DNA from: Macrostomum lignano
Taxonomy: Eukaryota
DNA length: 64,000 nt
Reading direction: 5' to 3'
NCBI GenBank assembly: GCA_002269645.1
Contig: NIVC01000925.1
Location: forward strand, 124,001-188,000
Shown here: piece after piece, positions 20,200 to 33,370 of the stretch
Layout: each line of letters opens with the position of its first letter
Numbering within the stretch: the first letter of the stretch is position 1
Notes under the pieces: generated by a model
What the model saw: only the letters and a program-made list of their open reading frames with translations
Database searches by the model: none
Told to the model about the DNA's origin: nothing
Translations under genes and position numbers: made by a program

Positions 20200-20835
20200 T
20201 ACAATTAGTTGGTCATAGATGTTGGGATTCTTAGAATCAGTTGGTCATATAGAGGTTAGGATTCTTAGAATCAGTTGGTCATAGAGGTTGGGATTCTTAG
20301 AATCAGTTGGTCATAGAGGTCGGGATTCTTAAAATCAGTTGGTCATATAGAGGTTGGGATTCTTAAAATCAGTTGGTCATATAGAGGTTGGGATTCTTAA
20401 AATCAGTTGGTCATATAGAGGTTGGGATTCTTAGAATCAGTTGGTCATAGAGGTCGGGATTCTTAAAATCAGTTGGTCATATAGAGGTTGGGATTCTTAA
20501 AATCAGTTGGTCATATAGAGGTTGGGATTCTTAGAATCAGTTGGTCATAGAGGTTGGGATTCTTAAAATCAGTTGGTCATATAGAGGTTGGGATTCTTAG
20601 AATCAGTTGGTCATAGAGGTCGGGATTCTTAAAATCAGTTGGTCATATAGAGGTTGGTATTCTTAGAATCAGTTGGTCATATAGAGGTTGGTATTCTTAG
20701 AATCAGTTGGTCATATAGAGGTTGGGATTCTTAGAAACAGTTGGTCATATAGAGATTGGAACTCTTAGAAACAGTTGGGCATAGAGATTGGAACTCTTAG
20801 AAACAGTTGGGCATAGAGATTGGGATTCTTAGAAT
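20200..20835. repeat. 31-33-bp minisatellite upstream of L3HYPDH
   Basis: Unit gttgggattcttagaatcagttggtcat(at)agag, ~19 copies. Confidence 0.95.
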
Positions 20836-21280
20836 CAATGTAATGTCTATGACAGGGTTGTAAAGCTGCTTACAGAGGTCAAATATTCGAACTTTACCAC
20901 AGCACTTACCAAAATCCCTTTGTGTAAGCCTTGACACTGTTAATTATTGCACTTTTTAATCATATTTTTTCTACATTTCACTTAAAACCTGACACTTTTC
21001 GGAGTGTCAATAGACATAAACTGTTGATAGAATTTAAACCCTGTCCATGCAACTGAAACCCCAAATATGTTAATAGTTTGTCAGCCAATTTTATACAACA
21101 GATAATGAAATGCAGGAGAGCAAGTCATGCATATACAAAAGATCAAATTCGTTTCGTTCTTAGACGCGAAAATATAAACAAGAGCTTGATCCTGTGAAAC
21201 AAGCGCTGAGCTAAACTAGGCAGGAAAACCTTGAATGCATCGCCCCCCATAAAAATTGCACTCCACAAAACTAAGAGACG

Positions 21281-22446
21281 ACAGGGGGTGCCCACCTAGA
21301 GACAGGGGTGCCCACCAAGAGACAGGGGTGCCCACCAAGAGACAGGAGCCCCCACCAAGAGACAGGGGGCGCCCACCAAGAGACAGGGGCGCCTACCAAG
21401 AGACAGGGGCGCCCACCAAGAGACAGGGGGCGCCCACCAAGAGACAGGGAGCGCCCACCAAGAGACAGGGGCGCCCACCAAGAGACAGGGGCCCCCACCA
21501 AGAGACAGGGGGCGCCCACCAAGAGACAGGGGGCGCCCATCAAGAGACAGGGGCGCCCACCAAGAGACAGGGGGCCCCCACCAAGTGACTAGGCTCCCAC
21601 CAGAGACAGGAGCGCCCAAGAAAGAGACAGGGGGCCCCCACCAAGTGACTGGGCTCCCACCAGAGACAGGAGCGCCCAAGAAAGAGACAGGGGCGCCCAC
21701 CAAGAGACAGGGGGCGCCCACCAAGAGACAGGGGCTCCCACCAGAGACAGGAGCGCCCAAGAAAGAGACAGGGGCGCCTACCAAGAGACAGGGGCGCCCA
21801 ACAAAGAGACAAGGGCGCCAACCAACAGACAGGGGCTCCCACCAAGAGACAGGGGCGCCCACCAAGAGACAGGGGCGCCCACCAAGAGACAGGGGGCGCC
21901 CACCAAGAGACAGGGGCTCCCACCAGAGACAGGAGCGCCCAAGAAAGAGACAGGGGCGCCTACCAAGAGACAGGGGCGCCCAACAAAGAGACAAGGGCGC
22001 CAACCAACAGACAGGGGCTCCCACCAAGAGACAGGGGCCCCCACCAAGAGACAGGGGCCCCCACCAAGAGACAGGGGGCCCCCACCAAGTGACTGGGCTC
22101 CCACCAGAGACAGGAGCGCCCAAGAAAGAGACAAGGGCGCCAACCAACAGACAGGGGCTCCCACCAAGAGACAGGGGCGCCCACCAAGAGACAGGGGCGC
22201 CCAACAAAGAGACAAGGGCGCCTAACTAAGAGACAGGGGGCGCCCACCAAGAGACAGGGGCGCGCCCACCAAAGAGACAGGGGCGACCACCAAAGAGACA
22301 GGGGCTCCCACCAGAGACAGGGGCGCCCACCAAAGAGACAGGGGCGCCCACCAAAGAGACAGGGGACGCCCACCAAAGCCCCAAATATTGGCGCCCCTTA
22401 GCGATGCGGCTGACTCCAGTTAAAATTTTTGTGTACGCCACCACTG
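21281..22446 (+). mobile_element. MITE-like element filled with ~20-bp satellite (GGGGCGCCCACCAAGAGACA)n, copy 1
   Basis: Array 21281-22380 followed by ctccagttaaaatttttgtgtacgccaccactg, which is homologous to the reverse complement of the copy-2 inner end. Confidence 0.7.
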
Positions 22447-22934
22447 CCTTGTGCATGCCTAAAATCGAGCCATGGTTGCCTGTAATCTGTATTCAGAAAT
22501 GGAGCCTATGCTAGATATATTTTAAAACACGGAGGTTTCAATTCTTATCTTGTTTAAGCAGTCAGTCATGGACTGTTCATAAAAACAGAAGTAATGGAGG
22601 CGAAGTTTAACATTCCAGATGTGAATTCCATTTTGTAAATAGAATTCAAGCGCCTTTGCACAAAGCTATCTACAAGGTGGCTGCATGGTTCAGTGTATTT
22701 ATAGTTAGTTACTTGTTTTCATCCATCTTAAACTGTGCACACAACGCACAATGTACGCGATGCAAAGCAATAAAACTCGTCTCCATGACCATAGCCTGGG
22801 GTAGCAAGACTGCCATACATATATTGATAGTAACAAGGGACAGAAGAAGAAGCAGAAGCAAACACGGCCATGCCCTATATTTCTCTCTCTAAATTCAACC
22901 GCAATCGCAAGCTTCTTCTCAAACTCTGAAGGAA

Positions 22935-25900
22935 ATGCAGGATGCAAGAAGCTCTAGTGGGCTGGTGCAGGTAAACCCGAACTTGGCCAAAATTATTGCC
23001 AAATATGCTGCGCTCGACGATCAGCTGAGCGGATTCTGTCGAAGGATGCAGGAGAAACTGGAGGCTGGCAATGCAGAAGGCATTTTTCCGTGTCAGCAGA
23101 GTCAGGTGCACAACTTTCTGGCGACTCTGCCGAGCTTAGACAAGAAGATTAGCGAAGAGCTCAAGGTGATTGCCGTGACAGGTAGACGTGCTCTGCTAGC
23201 CTTGAACAGTTTTATCTTCGGCCAGACGCTCCTAGAAGACGAGCTTTTCTTTCGAAGCAAGACTCTGTTCACCGTGACCGGGCAAAGGGATAATGACGTC
23301 GCAGTTCGGGTGCTCAGGCAAAGGCGTACTGACTCTGCACAGCGAATACCGATTCGACTGCCTGAGATCCATGAACAAGCGGATCGCTGTCGAACTGCTC
23401 AATTTGGAGTGCGACAAAAATTATAATTTTGACGGTTTGCTAGTAGAGATTGGCATCTTGTGCCCGCAACTGGCCAACATCCGCGTCGCTGCTGCGTGCA
23501 AGGTGGACACCACCATCAAGGAGCTGCTGGACCCGAACCAGAGGACACTGACCGCACAGGTATGGCTATTAGATAGATAAGGACAGAGTAAATTTTAACA
23601 CAGCAAAATTTCTTATGAGATTCTATGAGTACTATAATATTCAGTCAGTCACTTCGAAAAGAAGTCAAGATGCTAGCGTGAATCTACCGCAAAGTGTTGG
23701 TTGGGCCAAGGACCACCGGTAATATAACAGCTACGTTAGATAAATCCATAGATCTTATATTCCCTATAGATAGGCCACTTTGTATTGCGGAAATAGGGAA
23801 AGTGCGACCGCTGTTTTTCGTCACTTGTGCGAAGAAAGCCGACACGGTTGCTTATAAATTTGAGTTCAGTAGCTTAGGGACATAGACGCTATTTTTAAAG
23901 AATTTGATAGAATTTCTCGTGAATTATATAAAAAGCTACTCAATCAAATTAAAAACGATGCATGCATTGCAGAGACTACTGACGAAATTGAGTTCAGTAG
24001 TTGATTTTCGCGCTGTCGTGAGTTGCAAAATTATTCACATTAGCTTCTATGGCCACATAAGTGGTTAATGAGTGGCTCATCTTGTGTATATATGATTTTT
24101 GGATAAATCGTTTCATTTTTAAGAGGCCATGCAGTTTCCTGTAAAAATGCACTGCGGAGATAGGAAAAAGACATTTTTTTCATCACAGAATCAATGATTG
24201 CATTTGATATAAGGCCTAGGGCAGTGAAGATTGCTATTGACCCTGTTATACAACAGCGGCCCTTGAGTTGGGTCCACCAGGAGACAAGCTTAGGCTATCA
24301 GAATGGGTTGGAAAATCCCTTTATTTCATAGGTGTTCCGACTGCTAAGCTCTTCAATATTAGCGTCAATCCAGCTCAGTGGACCTGTGATCTCAGCGATC
24401 GCAGGCGCAAAACTACCGGTGCCCGTCAGGCAAGGGTAGACCATGGGGCGAATATGAGAAAGGAGAGGCTAATGAATGAAGGAGTAGAGAGGAGAGAAGA
24501 GAGGAGGGAAGGGAGGGAGAAGGGAGAGGAAAGGAAAGGAGAGAGGGGGGATAGAAGAGAAGGGAGAGGAAAAGATATGAGAGGAGAGAGGAGAGGAGAT
24601 GAGAGGAGAGGAGACGAAGACAGGAGAGATAAGAAGAGCGGTGAGAAAAGAGAACTGAGCAGAGACAAACCTTGAGCAGTCCGGATTGCTATTGTGAAGT
24701 TTCAAAGGACCGGAGGGCCGGATAGGGAGGCTTTGCGGAGTTTGCCAACCCCTGCTTTACGGGGTATGTGCAATTAATTTCCTGCGATGCCTTTAGACGT
24801 ACTCGTGCGGAAATGCATTCTCACTGCTAGATTTTCTTGTCTAATAATCAATCTTTCAGAAGCACCAGGCGCCAAGCACAACCAGCTTGATGCTTGTGCA
24901 CTTCTTCGCTCCGGAGGTGGAGCGCCGACTGGCGGAAGCTGAGCTCAGCTACGTTCGCAGTTTGGCCATGCAGAGCCGCCTGGTGCTGCTGTGCCAGCAT
25001 CTGCGGGGCAAGCGGGACGAGGTGGCCGAAATTGTTCAGAGTCCGGAGGTCAACAGCGGGTCCAAGGTGTCCAGGCACATTCTGTGCTACTTCACCCAGT
25101 GGCAGTGGGACGGGCTGAGCAACGCGAGGCCACAGCTGGAGGCCACGCTGGATAACGAGCTGAAAATCCGAAGCACGCGTCTAGCTAAAGCGGTAACCAA
25201 GGAGCTGAAAGTCCCCTTCCAGGTGGTTCACCACATCAGACGGAATATCAACCTGTCAAGGAACATCGCCAACAAGCAGAGAAGAAATCCGAACGAGTAC
25301 AGGAAGGACTTTGCTAACCTGCGCAGCATGGCGGCCCGGTTAGGCTCAGAATTCCAGCGCCTAAGCGACAGACTGGTGAGAGAAGTGTCCGAGAACGTGG
25401 CTCAGCACCTGCGGGTTGGCCGAGTCCGAACTAAAATTATTGAGAAAATCATCAGCCGGGCTGCTGAACTGAAGGGCAGCTCTGAGAACAAAGTCGAGAT
25501 CGCATTTCTTGAAGTTGTAGCCAACGAGATTCGCGAGTGGAACACCAGGACGGAGGTGCTGAATAAAGCAGACGAAGTCGTTCAAAGGGACAAGGTTAGC
25601 AAGTTCAAGGAGCTGTGCTACCAAGCCGCAGAAATTCCCGAGATTTTTATCATCTCGAATGAACTGCCATCCAGTTCGTCCGGCAGCACGAGTTCCAGCG
25701 GCTCCAGCTGTCGGGCCACCATCCAGAGCGTCACAGAAGACATGGTGCGGAGACGTCTGCGCACCGGGCGTCTGGAAACTTTCGCAGCGGGCATCGCAGC
25801 GCCACTGTGGGTGCCGCTGGCCGCCATCACCATGGCGATCATCGTGCCAGTGATCGGCGCCCAGAAGAGTGAGCAGAGCGACGAAAAGTTTAAAAAGGAG

Positions 25901-27151
25901 CTCAGAGGTCTGGCGCAAGACTTCCTTGATCGGCTCGATAGTCAGCTGATTCGAACTCAATTTTTCGACCGAGTGAAGCATCGGCTTGACGACGAGGCCA
26001 AGCAGCTGCGCGAGTTTATGGAATGCTTCTGCATCCTGCCGGCCAGCTACGAGTCCTCGCAGAACGCCAGGCACACCGATGAGAGCCTCACCGAGAGCCT
26101 CGTAATTCTAGAGCAGCAGCTGCAGGAAATCCAAGGCCACCTCATGATGCTTCAACTAGAAAAGCTCAATTGCGAGGTTCTCAGCAAGGAAGAGTGCGAG
26201 AAATACGGCATTGACATCGACGTGACGAGCACAGAACAGTTGGGCAGAGAACTGGTGAGCAGGAAGCCAATTTATGAAGTGTTGCCCAAAGGAGCAGAGA
26301 AGCCGCTGGTGCTCAAGCTAGCGCCTGGGAAGGGCAGCATGTCGCACCGCCTACTGTTGGAGATTGACATTCTGAAGACTGTATCGTCTGAGACGCAGAA
26401 CAACATCATACCCTGGCTAGGCACGGTGTACTTTCCCCGACTGCAGCTGGTCGGCTTCCTGACGCTCAAGTACGACTGCGACCTGTGGCAGTTTCTCGGG
26501 CGATTTGGCCGGATGGCCATCCCGGCCCGCAACGACATCGGCAGTCAGAGCCGCGGCTCCGCCTTCGCGGTTTGCCGCGTCCTGTGCAACCAGATCTTCT
26601 CCGGCGTCTACCAGCTGCACAACCGGCAGATCCTGCACCGCGACCTCAAACTGGAGAATGTACTAATCGAGGTGCAGAAGGATACCGAACCGTTGCGCAT
26701 TGTAGCTAAGCTGTGCGACTTTGGCCTCGCAAAGCATGAGAGCGAAATGTCCGGCAGTACGTTCGGTGGTACCAACGGCTACATGGCACCGGAGGTCCTG
26801 CACAACCGGCCAGCCTATTCCAACAAGTCCGACATCTACGCTCTCGGCGTGATCGCCTGGGAGTGCTTCTTTGGCAAGAGGGCGCGAGAGTACGAATCGG
26901 ATCTGCGGATGTGCAAGACAGGCGACACGGTAGCCTGGGACTACCTTGTTCAGACCATGACCGAGCCCAGGGCAATGGATCGGCCGCTAATTGAGCAGTG
27001 CCTGATGCTGCTGAGAGAGTTGGATAAGAAGCCTAGCGATCAGGGTAGCCCCCTGTTAGCTGGACTGACACAGCAGGTGCCTTTCGGAAGCCAGACGCAA
27101 TCTGTGCCATCCCTTAAGGAAAGCATTGTGGCCCTCACCAAAGGCAAGTGA
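22935..27151 (+). CDS. DSTYK-like protein: degenerate dynamin/P-loop-like N-domain, helical region, hydrophobic segment, protein kinase; frameshifted (pseudogene or assembly error)
   Basis: Segments 22935..23559 (frameshift near 23280-23295), ~23690-23850, ~24257-24435 and last exon 24860..27151. Kinase motifs LVLK, alphaC E (LLEID), HRDLKLEN, DFG, GTNGYMAPE, SDIYALG. KHESEMSGS and N-terminal VIAVTG...LNSFIFGQTLL and LLVEIGILCPQLANIRV resemble recalled DSTYK sequence. Middle exon phases are unresolved. Confidence 0.7.
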
Positions 27152-27552
27152 GCAAGCCTTGAAAATGATTTTAAAAAGGAGGTTTGTGTAGATAATTTTT
27201 TCATTGAAATTTTAACAATACCGTGCTAACAAACTACTTAAAATAAGTAGTTTAAAAAACCCTGTCCAGAAACAATTTCACCAGTCAAACAGAAAATTTC
27301 GGCCCTTAAATGTACGATGGAATGTTTTCTTGATATATGCTGGCCCTCATTCGCTATGGCCCATTCATTGCAAGTCTGGATGTCTATTCTAGATTCTATT
27401 CAATGTCTATTCAAATTTGCTAGTCTATGGCCCAACCTTAATTTATTCTATAACCCTTCAACTTTGGTGTGATTGCCCGTTTTGTAGCTTAATGCTGCAT
27501 GATAAAAGCAATAATTCACTGCAGATATTATTCAGAATAATATTTTACACCA

Positions 27553-28503
27553 CATAGAGGCGTACGCAGGAATTTTAACAGGAGGGGGCTCGCGCAGCCC
27601 CGTGGATTATGGCCGGCGCCAACGGTGTCTTCGTGGGTGCCCCTGTCTCTTGGTGGGTGCCCCTGTCTCTTTGGTGGGCGCCCCTGTCTCTTGGTGGGTG
27701 CCCCTGTCTCTTTGGTGGGCGCCCCTGTCTCTTGGTGGGCGCCCCTGTCCCCTGTCTCTTTGGTGGGCGCCCCTGTCTCTTGGTGGGCGCCCCTGTCTCT
27801 TGGTGGGCGCCCCTGTCTCTTGGTGGGTGCCCCTGTCTCTTGGTGGGCGCCCCTGTCTCTTGGTGGGCACCCCTGTCTCTTGGTGGGCACCCCTGTCTCT
27901 TGGTGGGCACCCCTGTCTCTTGGTGGGTGCCCCTGTCTCTTGGTGGGTGCCCCTGTCCCCTGTCTCTTTGGTGGGCGCCCCTGTCTCTTGGTGGGCGCCC
28001 CTGTCTCTTGGTGGGTGCCCCTGTCTCTTGGTGGGTGCCCCTGTCCCCTGTCTCTTTGGTGGGCGCCCCTGTCTCTTGGTGGGTGCCCCTGTCCCCTGTC
28101 TCTTTGGTGGGCGCCCCTGTCTCTTGGTGGGCGCCCCTGTCTCTTGGTGGGTGCCCCTGTCTCTTGGTGGGTGCCCCTGTCCCCTGTCTCTTTGGTGGGC
28201 GCCCCTGTCTCTTGGTGGGCGCCCCTGTCTCTTGGTGGATGCCCCTGTCTCTTGGTGGGTGCCCCTGTCCCCTGTCTCTTTGGTGGGCGCCCCTGTCTCT
28301 TGGTGGGCACCCCTGTCTCTTGGTGGGTGACCCTGTCCCCTGTCTCTTTGGTGGGCGCCCCTGTCTTTTGGTGGGTGCCCCTGTCTCTTTGGTGGGCGTC
28401 CCTGTCTCTTTGGTGGGCGCCCCTGTCTCTTGGTGGGCGCCCCTGTCTCTTGGTGGGCGCCCCTGTCTCTTGGGTTGGGAACGTCCCCTCTGCGCCGCCA
28501 CTG
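27553..28503 (-). mobile_element. MITE-like element filled with the same ~20-bp satellite, copy 2 (inverted)
   Basis: Ends catagaggcgtacgcagg... and ...ctgcgccgccactg (imperfect TIR-like). Internal array (TGTCTCTTGGTGGGCGCCCC)n at 27630-28470. Confidence 0.75.
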
Positions 28504-29039
28504 ACACACCAAGACAGCTAATGACTAATACGGATGACAGATAAATGTCAGATGACATATACATCAATATTAACAAATTAAATTTAATGTTTTCAGTTTT
28601 TATTTGTCAAGCCTATTATGCTAATTGTTGTTTACCCAGCCGGAATTCTCATAATTTTTTAAAACGCTGAATTTTGCGACCATAATTTTTTCGTAAAACT
28701 TACAGATCATATTTTTAACGCATACAGGTACATACGAGTACACCTTCATCGTCTTGTCTATTCCAGATAAACAAAACTCTTAATCCCTTTACTACTATCA
28801 AGTTGATAACAGTAGTTTCTAAGTTTATTTCTTCTAAAGCTACAACGCACATGTATGCGAGTCTACACTTTGTAGATTAAGAACCTTTGTAACATGATTA
28901 TTCTCGTACTTATACTTTTTTAAATAATAAATTTTCAATATTTTGGATTTGACATTTCGAAAGTCGAAAAAGAAAACGCGTTTCGCTCAAATATTGTTCT
29001 TCCGACTACGAGTACTACTACTACTATTGATACTACTAA

Positions 29040-29415
29040 GGCGAGAGGCGACAGAGAAAAGTGAGGCTGCAGGGAGGAGAGGAGAGAGGCAACAGGGAGA
29101 AAGAGAAGAGAGAAAGGAGAGCCGGCAGGGAGGAGAGGAGAGAGGCGGCAGGGAGAAGGAGAAGAGAGAAAGGAGAGGCGGCAGGGAGGAGAGGAGGGAG
29201 GCGGCAGGGAGAAGGAGAAGAGAGAAAGGAGAGCCGGCAGGGAGGAGAGGAGAGAGGCGGCAGGGAGAAGGAGAAGAGAGAAAGGAGAGGCGGCAGGGAG
29301 GAGAGGAGAGAGGCAACAGGGAGAAGGAGAAGAGAGAAAGGAGAGGCGGCAGGGAGGAGAGGAGAGAGGCAACAGGGAGAAGGAGAAGAGAGAAAGGAGA
29401 GGCGGCAGGGAGAAT
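29040..29415. repeat. Purine-rich (GA) tandem repeat
   Basis: Recurring gagaggcggcagggagaaggagaagagagaaag. Confidence 0.9.
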
Positions 29416-30424
29416 GAAAGAGGATATTTTTGCAAAGGCTTCAAGCTAAAAGTTTTGTGCATCTCTTCCCCGTCTCCTGAAGCCGTCATCAGCAAGAATG
29501 ATGTCATACAATGATTACATGAGTTCCATGAGACAAAAAACTCGAGTCATTTATCAAAGTATCTTGAAAGTTGGGGGGTTGAATGGCTTGTAGGAATTGT
29601 TGGAGCGTTATCGATCGTATTCGCTAGCCTTACCGCGCTCCCAGAGTTTCCATAGTTCGTGAAGCGACCCCCTTGCCATGTACATGTGTATGAACACTCG
29701 ACGAAGAGAAATCGAATTGGGGTATGAGGCAGGGCCTCACTAAATGACGCAACTTGGCAAAGGCTAAGGCTAGCTTGGAAAGAGAAGAGGCGGTCTTTCA
29801 GTCACTCTCCGACCTCACCTCACACAGATCGATCGATATTTGAGATGGGGTGAGGGGGCACGGTGGAGTCATTCTGTGAATTGCATTCTGCCCTAGGGTC
29901 CCCAGTTCCCCATTAACTCCTAGGAAAGCCTAAAGCTGTCGCTGGCTAAGAGAAGCAGAGAAAGAAAAGGTTTGCAGGCCCCATTGCGTCACCCCGTGGG
30001 CCGTCGGTTGGGGACCCCAGAGTATATGGATTTGGGCCGGGGGTTGAAAACATTCTTGTGAATGCCTCCAAGGGCTTTGAACCCTTGCCCTTTGCTCAGT
30101 TAAACAGTTTTGGGGCTGAATTGTCCCTTTGTACGTGCAAATCATCTCTGTTGTATTCGGATAAAGTCTTGGAGGAAACCATTTCTCACTGAGGTTCATG
30201 CCTCCTACCTACCTGCCTAATGAGAACAAGCCAATGGATACACAAAACCCTTCTGTCGCTCTTTTCCTTTCTCTCCCACTCTTCTGCTTATTCTTGCTGA
30301 TAGTGCGGCTTCAGAAGGCGGGGAAGAGAAACCCAAAACTTTTAGTTTGAAACCTTTGCAAAAACATCATGATTCATGATTGACGGAGGCCAACTGCCTA
30401 GCTCTCCTCTTTTTCTCCGTGCAG

Positions 30425-32165
30425 CCTCTCTCCCTTCTGTCTCTCCCTCTCCCTCCCTTCCGTCTCTCTCCCTCCCTTCGATCTCTCCCTCTCCCTTCCG
30501 TCTCTCCCTCTCCCTTCTGTCTCTCCCTCTCCCTTCCGTGTCTCCCCCTCCCTTCCGTCTCTCCCTCTCCCTTCTGTCTCTCCCTCTCCCTTCCGTCTCT
30601 CCCCCTCCCTTCCGTCTCTCCCCCTCCCTTCCGTCTCTCCCTCTCCCTTCCGTCTCTCCCCCTCCCTTCCGTCTCTCCCCCTCCCTTCCGTCTCTCCCTC
30701 TCCCTTCTGTCTCTCCCCCTCCCTTCCGTCTCTCCCTCTCCCTTCTGTCTCTCCCCCTCCCTTCCGTCTCTCCCCCTCCCTTCCGTCTCTCCCCTCCCTT
30801 CTGTCTCTCCCCTCCCTTCCGTCTCTCCCTCTCCCTTCTGTCTCTCCCACTCTCCCTTCTGTCTCTCCCTCTCCCTTCCGTCTCTCCCCTCCCTTCCGTC
30901 TCTCCCCCTCCCTTCCGTCTCTCCCTCTCTCTCTGTCGCCTCTCTCCTTCTCCATACCGCCTCTCTTCTTCTCCATACCGCCTCTCTCCTTCTCCATACC
31001 ACCTCTCTTCTCCTTGTCGTCTCTCTCCTTCTCCATACTGCCTCTCTCTTTCTCCATACCACCTCTCTTCTTCTCCATACCGCCTCTCTCCTTCTCCATA
31101 CCGCCTCTCTCTTTCTCCATACCACCTCTCTTCTTATCCATACCACCTCTCTCCTTCTCCATACCGCCTCTCTCCTTCTCCATACCACCTCTCTTCTTCT
31201 CCATACCGCCTCTCTCCTTCTCCATACCACCTCTCTTCTCCTTGTCGCCTCTCTCCTTCTCCATACCGCCTCTCTCCTTCTCCATACCGCCTCTCTCCTT
31301 CTCCATACCGCCTCTCTCCTTCTCCATACCGCCTCTCTCCTTCTCCATACCGCCTCTCTCCTTCTCCATACCGCCTCTCTCCTTCTCCATACCACCTCTC
31401 TTCTTCTCCATACCGCCTCTCTCCTTCTCCATACCACCTCTCTTCTCCTTGTCGCCTCTCTCCTTCTCCATACCGCCTCTCTCCTTTTCCATACCACCTC
31501 TCTTCTTCTCCATACCGCCTCTCTTCTTCTCCATACCGCCTCTCTCCTTCTCCATACCACCTCTCTTCTCCTTGTCGTCTCTCTCCTTCTCCATACTGCC
31601 TCTCTCTTTCTCCATACCACCTCTCTTCTTCTCCATACCGCCTCTCTCCTTCTCCATACCACCTCTCTCCTTCTCCATACCGCCTCTCTCCTTCTCCATA
31701 CCACCTCTCTTCTTCTCCTTGTCGCCTCTCTCCTTCTCCATACCGCCTCTCTCCTTCTCCATACCACCTCTCTTCTCCTTGTCGCCTCTCTCCTTCTCCA
31801 TACCGCCTCTCTCCTTCTCCATACCGCCTCTCTCCTTCTCCATACCGCCTCTCTCCTTCTCCATACCGCCTCTCTCCTTCTCCATACCGCCTCTCTCCTT
31901 CTCCATACCGCCTCTCTCCTTCTCCATACCACCTCTCTTCTTCTCCATACCGCCTCTCTCCTTCTCCATACCACCTCTCTTCTCCTTGTCGCCTCTCTCC
32001 TTCTCCATACCGCCTCTCTCCTTTTCCATACCACCTCTCTTCTTCTCCATACCGCCTCTCTTCTTCTCCATACCGCCTCTCTTCTTCTCCATACCGCCTC
32101 TCTCCTTCTCCATACCGCCTCTCTCCTTCTCCATACCGCCTCTCTCCTTCTCCATACCACCATAC
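30425..32165. repeat. Pyrimidine-rich compound satellite: ~18-24-bp CT units then a 21-bp unit (CCTTCTCCATACCGCCTCTCT)n
   Basis: Directly visible. It accounts for the many overlapping 350-600 aa ORFs. Confidence 0.95.
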
Positions 32166-32715
32166 AAGCCACAAATGAATGTGGCGACGCTTACTGACAC
32201 AAACAAAATACATGAAAAACAGACAACAGATTTCTTAGAAAAATCCACCGCATTTTAACAAACCGAAATGCCAACAAAGGCAGCGGAGCGGGCACGCTAT
32301 TTAGGTAAAAAATGGACAATGAGTCGTCAATTTATTGTGTATATTTCATTATTAATTAATTATTAGACAGGAATCGCAAACAAAACACTAATGAAATTGA
32401 TGAGAATTTTTCGATAAGAAAAAATAATAATAGTACATAGCATAAGAACAAGCATGCGTCAGTTAAAAAAAAACCAGTTAAGTCAGTTATCATTGCTAAT
32501 AGAGAGAGTGATGACACACTATATTAAATGAAAACTTTTGCTGCACAAATTGTTACTTTATAATTGATAATAACAGAAATGCTAGACTATGAATGTACTT
32601 TTAACTAAGTTCAGTAAATAAAATAAAAATAATTACACACGGAGAGACAGTCGGTTGTGTGTTTTGTTAAATACGAAAATTAGAGTTCAAGCCCAGATCA
32701 AGTCAGTAACGGGGA

Positions 32716-33126
32716 TCACTTGGCACCCCCGCTGGCAGTGGGGCCGCCGGCACCCTTCTTATTCACCAGACTCTTGTGGATGTGCGGAATCACTCCGCCG
32801 CCGGCGATGGTGGCCTTGATCAGCGTGTCCAGCTCTTCGTCTCCGCGGATGGCCAGCTGCAGATGACGCGGCGTGATACGCTTGACGCGCAGATCTTTGC
32901 TAGCATTGCCAGCCAGCTCCAGCACCTCGGCGGTCAGGTACTCCAAGATGGCGGCGCTGTACACGGCAGCGGTGGCGCCGACGCGGCCGTGGCTGGTGGT
33001 TCGAGTCTTCAGGTGACGATGAATACGGCCGACTGGGAATTGAAGACCGGCCCTGGCTGACCGGGAGATGGCCTTCTGCTTAGCCTTGCCTGCGTCTTTG
33101 CCTGCTTTGCCTTTTCCACCGGGCAT
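32716..33126 (-). CDS. H2AZ: Histone H2A.Z (H2A.V), intronless coding region, 136 aa
   Basis: Diagnostic [100 protein letters not shown]. Candidate AATAAA on the minus strand at 32331-32336. Confidence 0.97.
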   Translation of the reverse strand: MPGGKGKAGKDAGKAKQKAISRSARAGLQFPVGRIHRHLKTRTTSHGRVGATAAVYSAAILEYLTAEVLELAGNASKDLRVKRITPRHLQLAIRGDEELDTLIKATIAGGGVIPHIHKSLVNKKGAGGPTASGGAK

Positions 33127-33370
33127 TGTATTGCTGATTGATTATAATGTGGGGAGCTGACTGCTCATGCAATTGTGTGAATAGTGGGTTGGCGATGAGG
33201 CTTTATAACATTAAAAAATATAGTTACGGTCAGTCTTATAGAGCAGCGATGCTAACTGGATAAAAAATTAGCTAAGTTGCAAGTAAATTCCTATTAGTAA
33301 TCACTTACTATCAGTAATATTCTAAGCATAAAATAAAATGTCTCTTTATTTTAGCAAGCAATTTCAACTT

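Noticed and set aside
21256-28576. ETGAPTKRQG / WWAPLSLGG repeat ORFs
   Set aside because: Translations of the 20-bp satellite with variable unit length, so no frame is maintained.
29520-30200. Possible decayed ORF with a TM-like stretch (WLVGIVGALSIVFASL)
   Set aside because: Multiple stops and no recognisable family; indistinguishable from random sequence without a search.
30367-32258. 600-aa MEKERGG repeat protein (units of 21 or 18 nt keep frame)
   Set aside because: Nearly all frames on both strands are open, with no unique flanking domains or splice context. Best explained as satellite, although expression was not excluded.
33150-33185. ATTGCATG upstream of H2A.Z as a retrocopied flatworm spliced-leader end
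   Set aside because: Only ~8 nt resemble the recalled SL 3' end; not significant.
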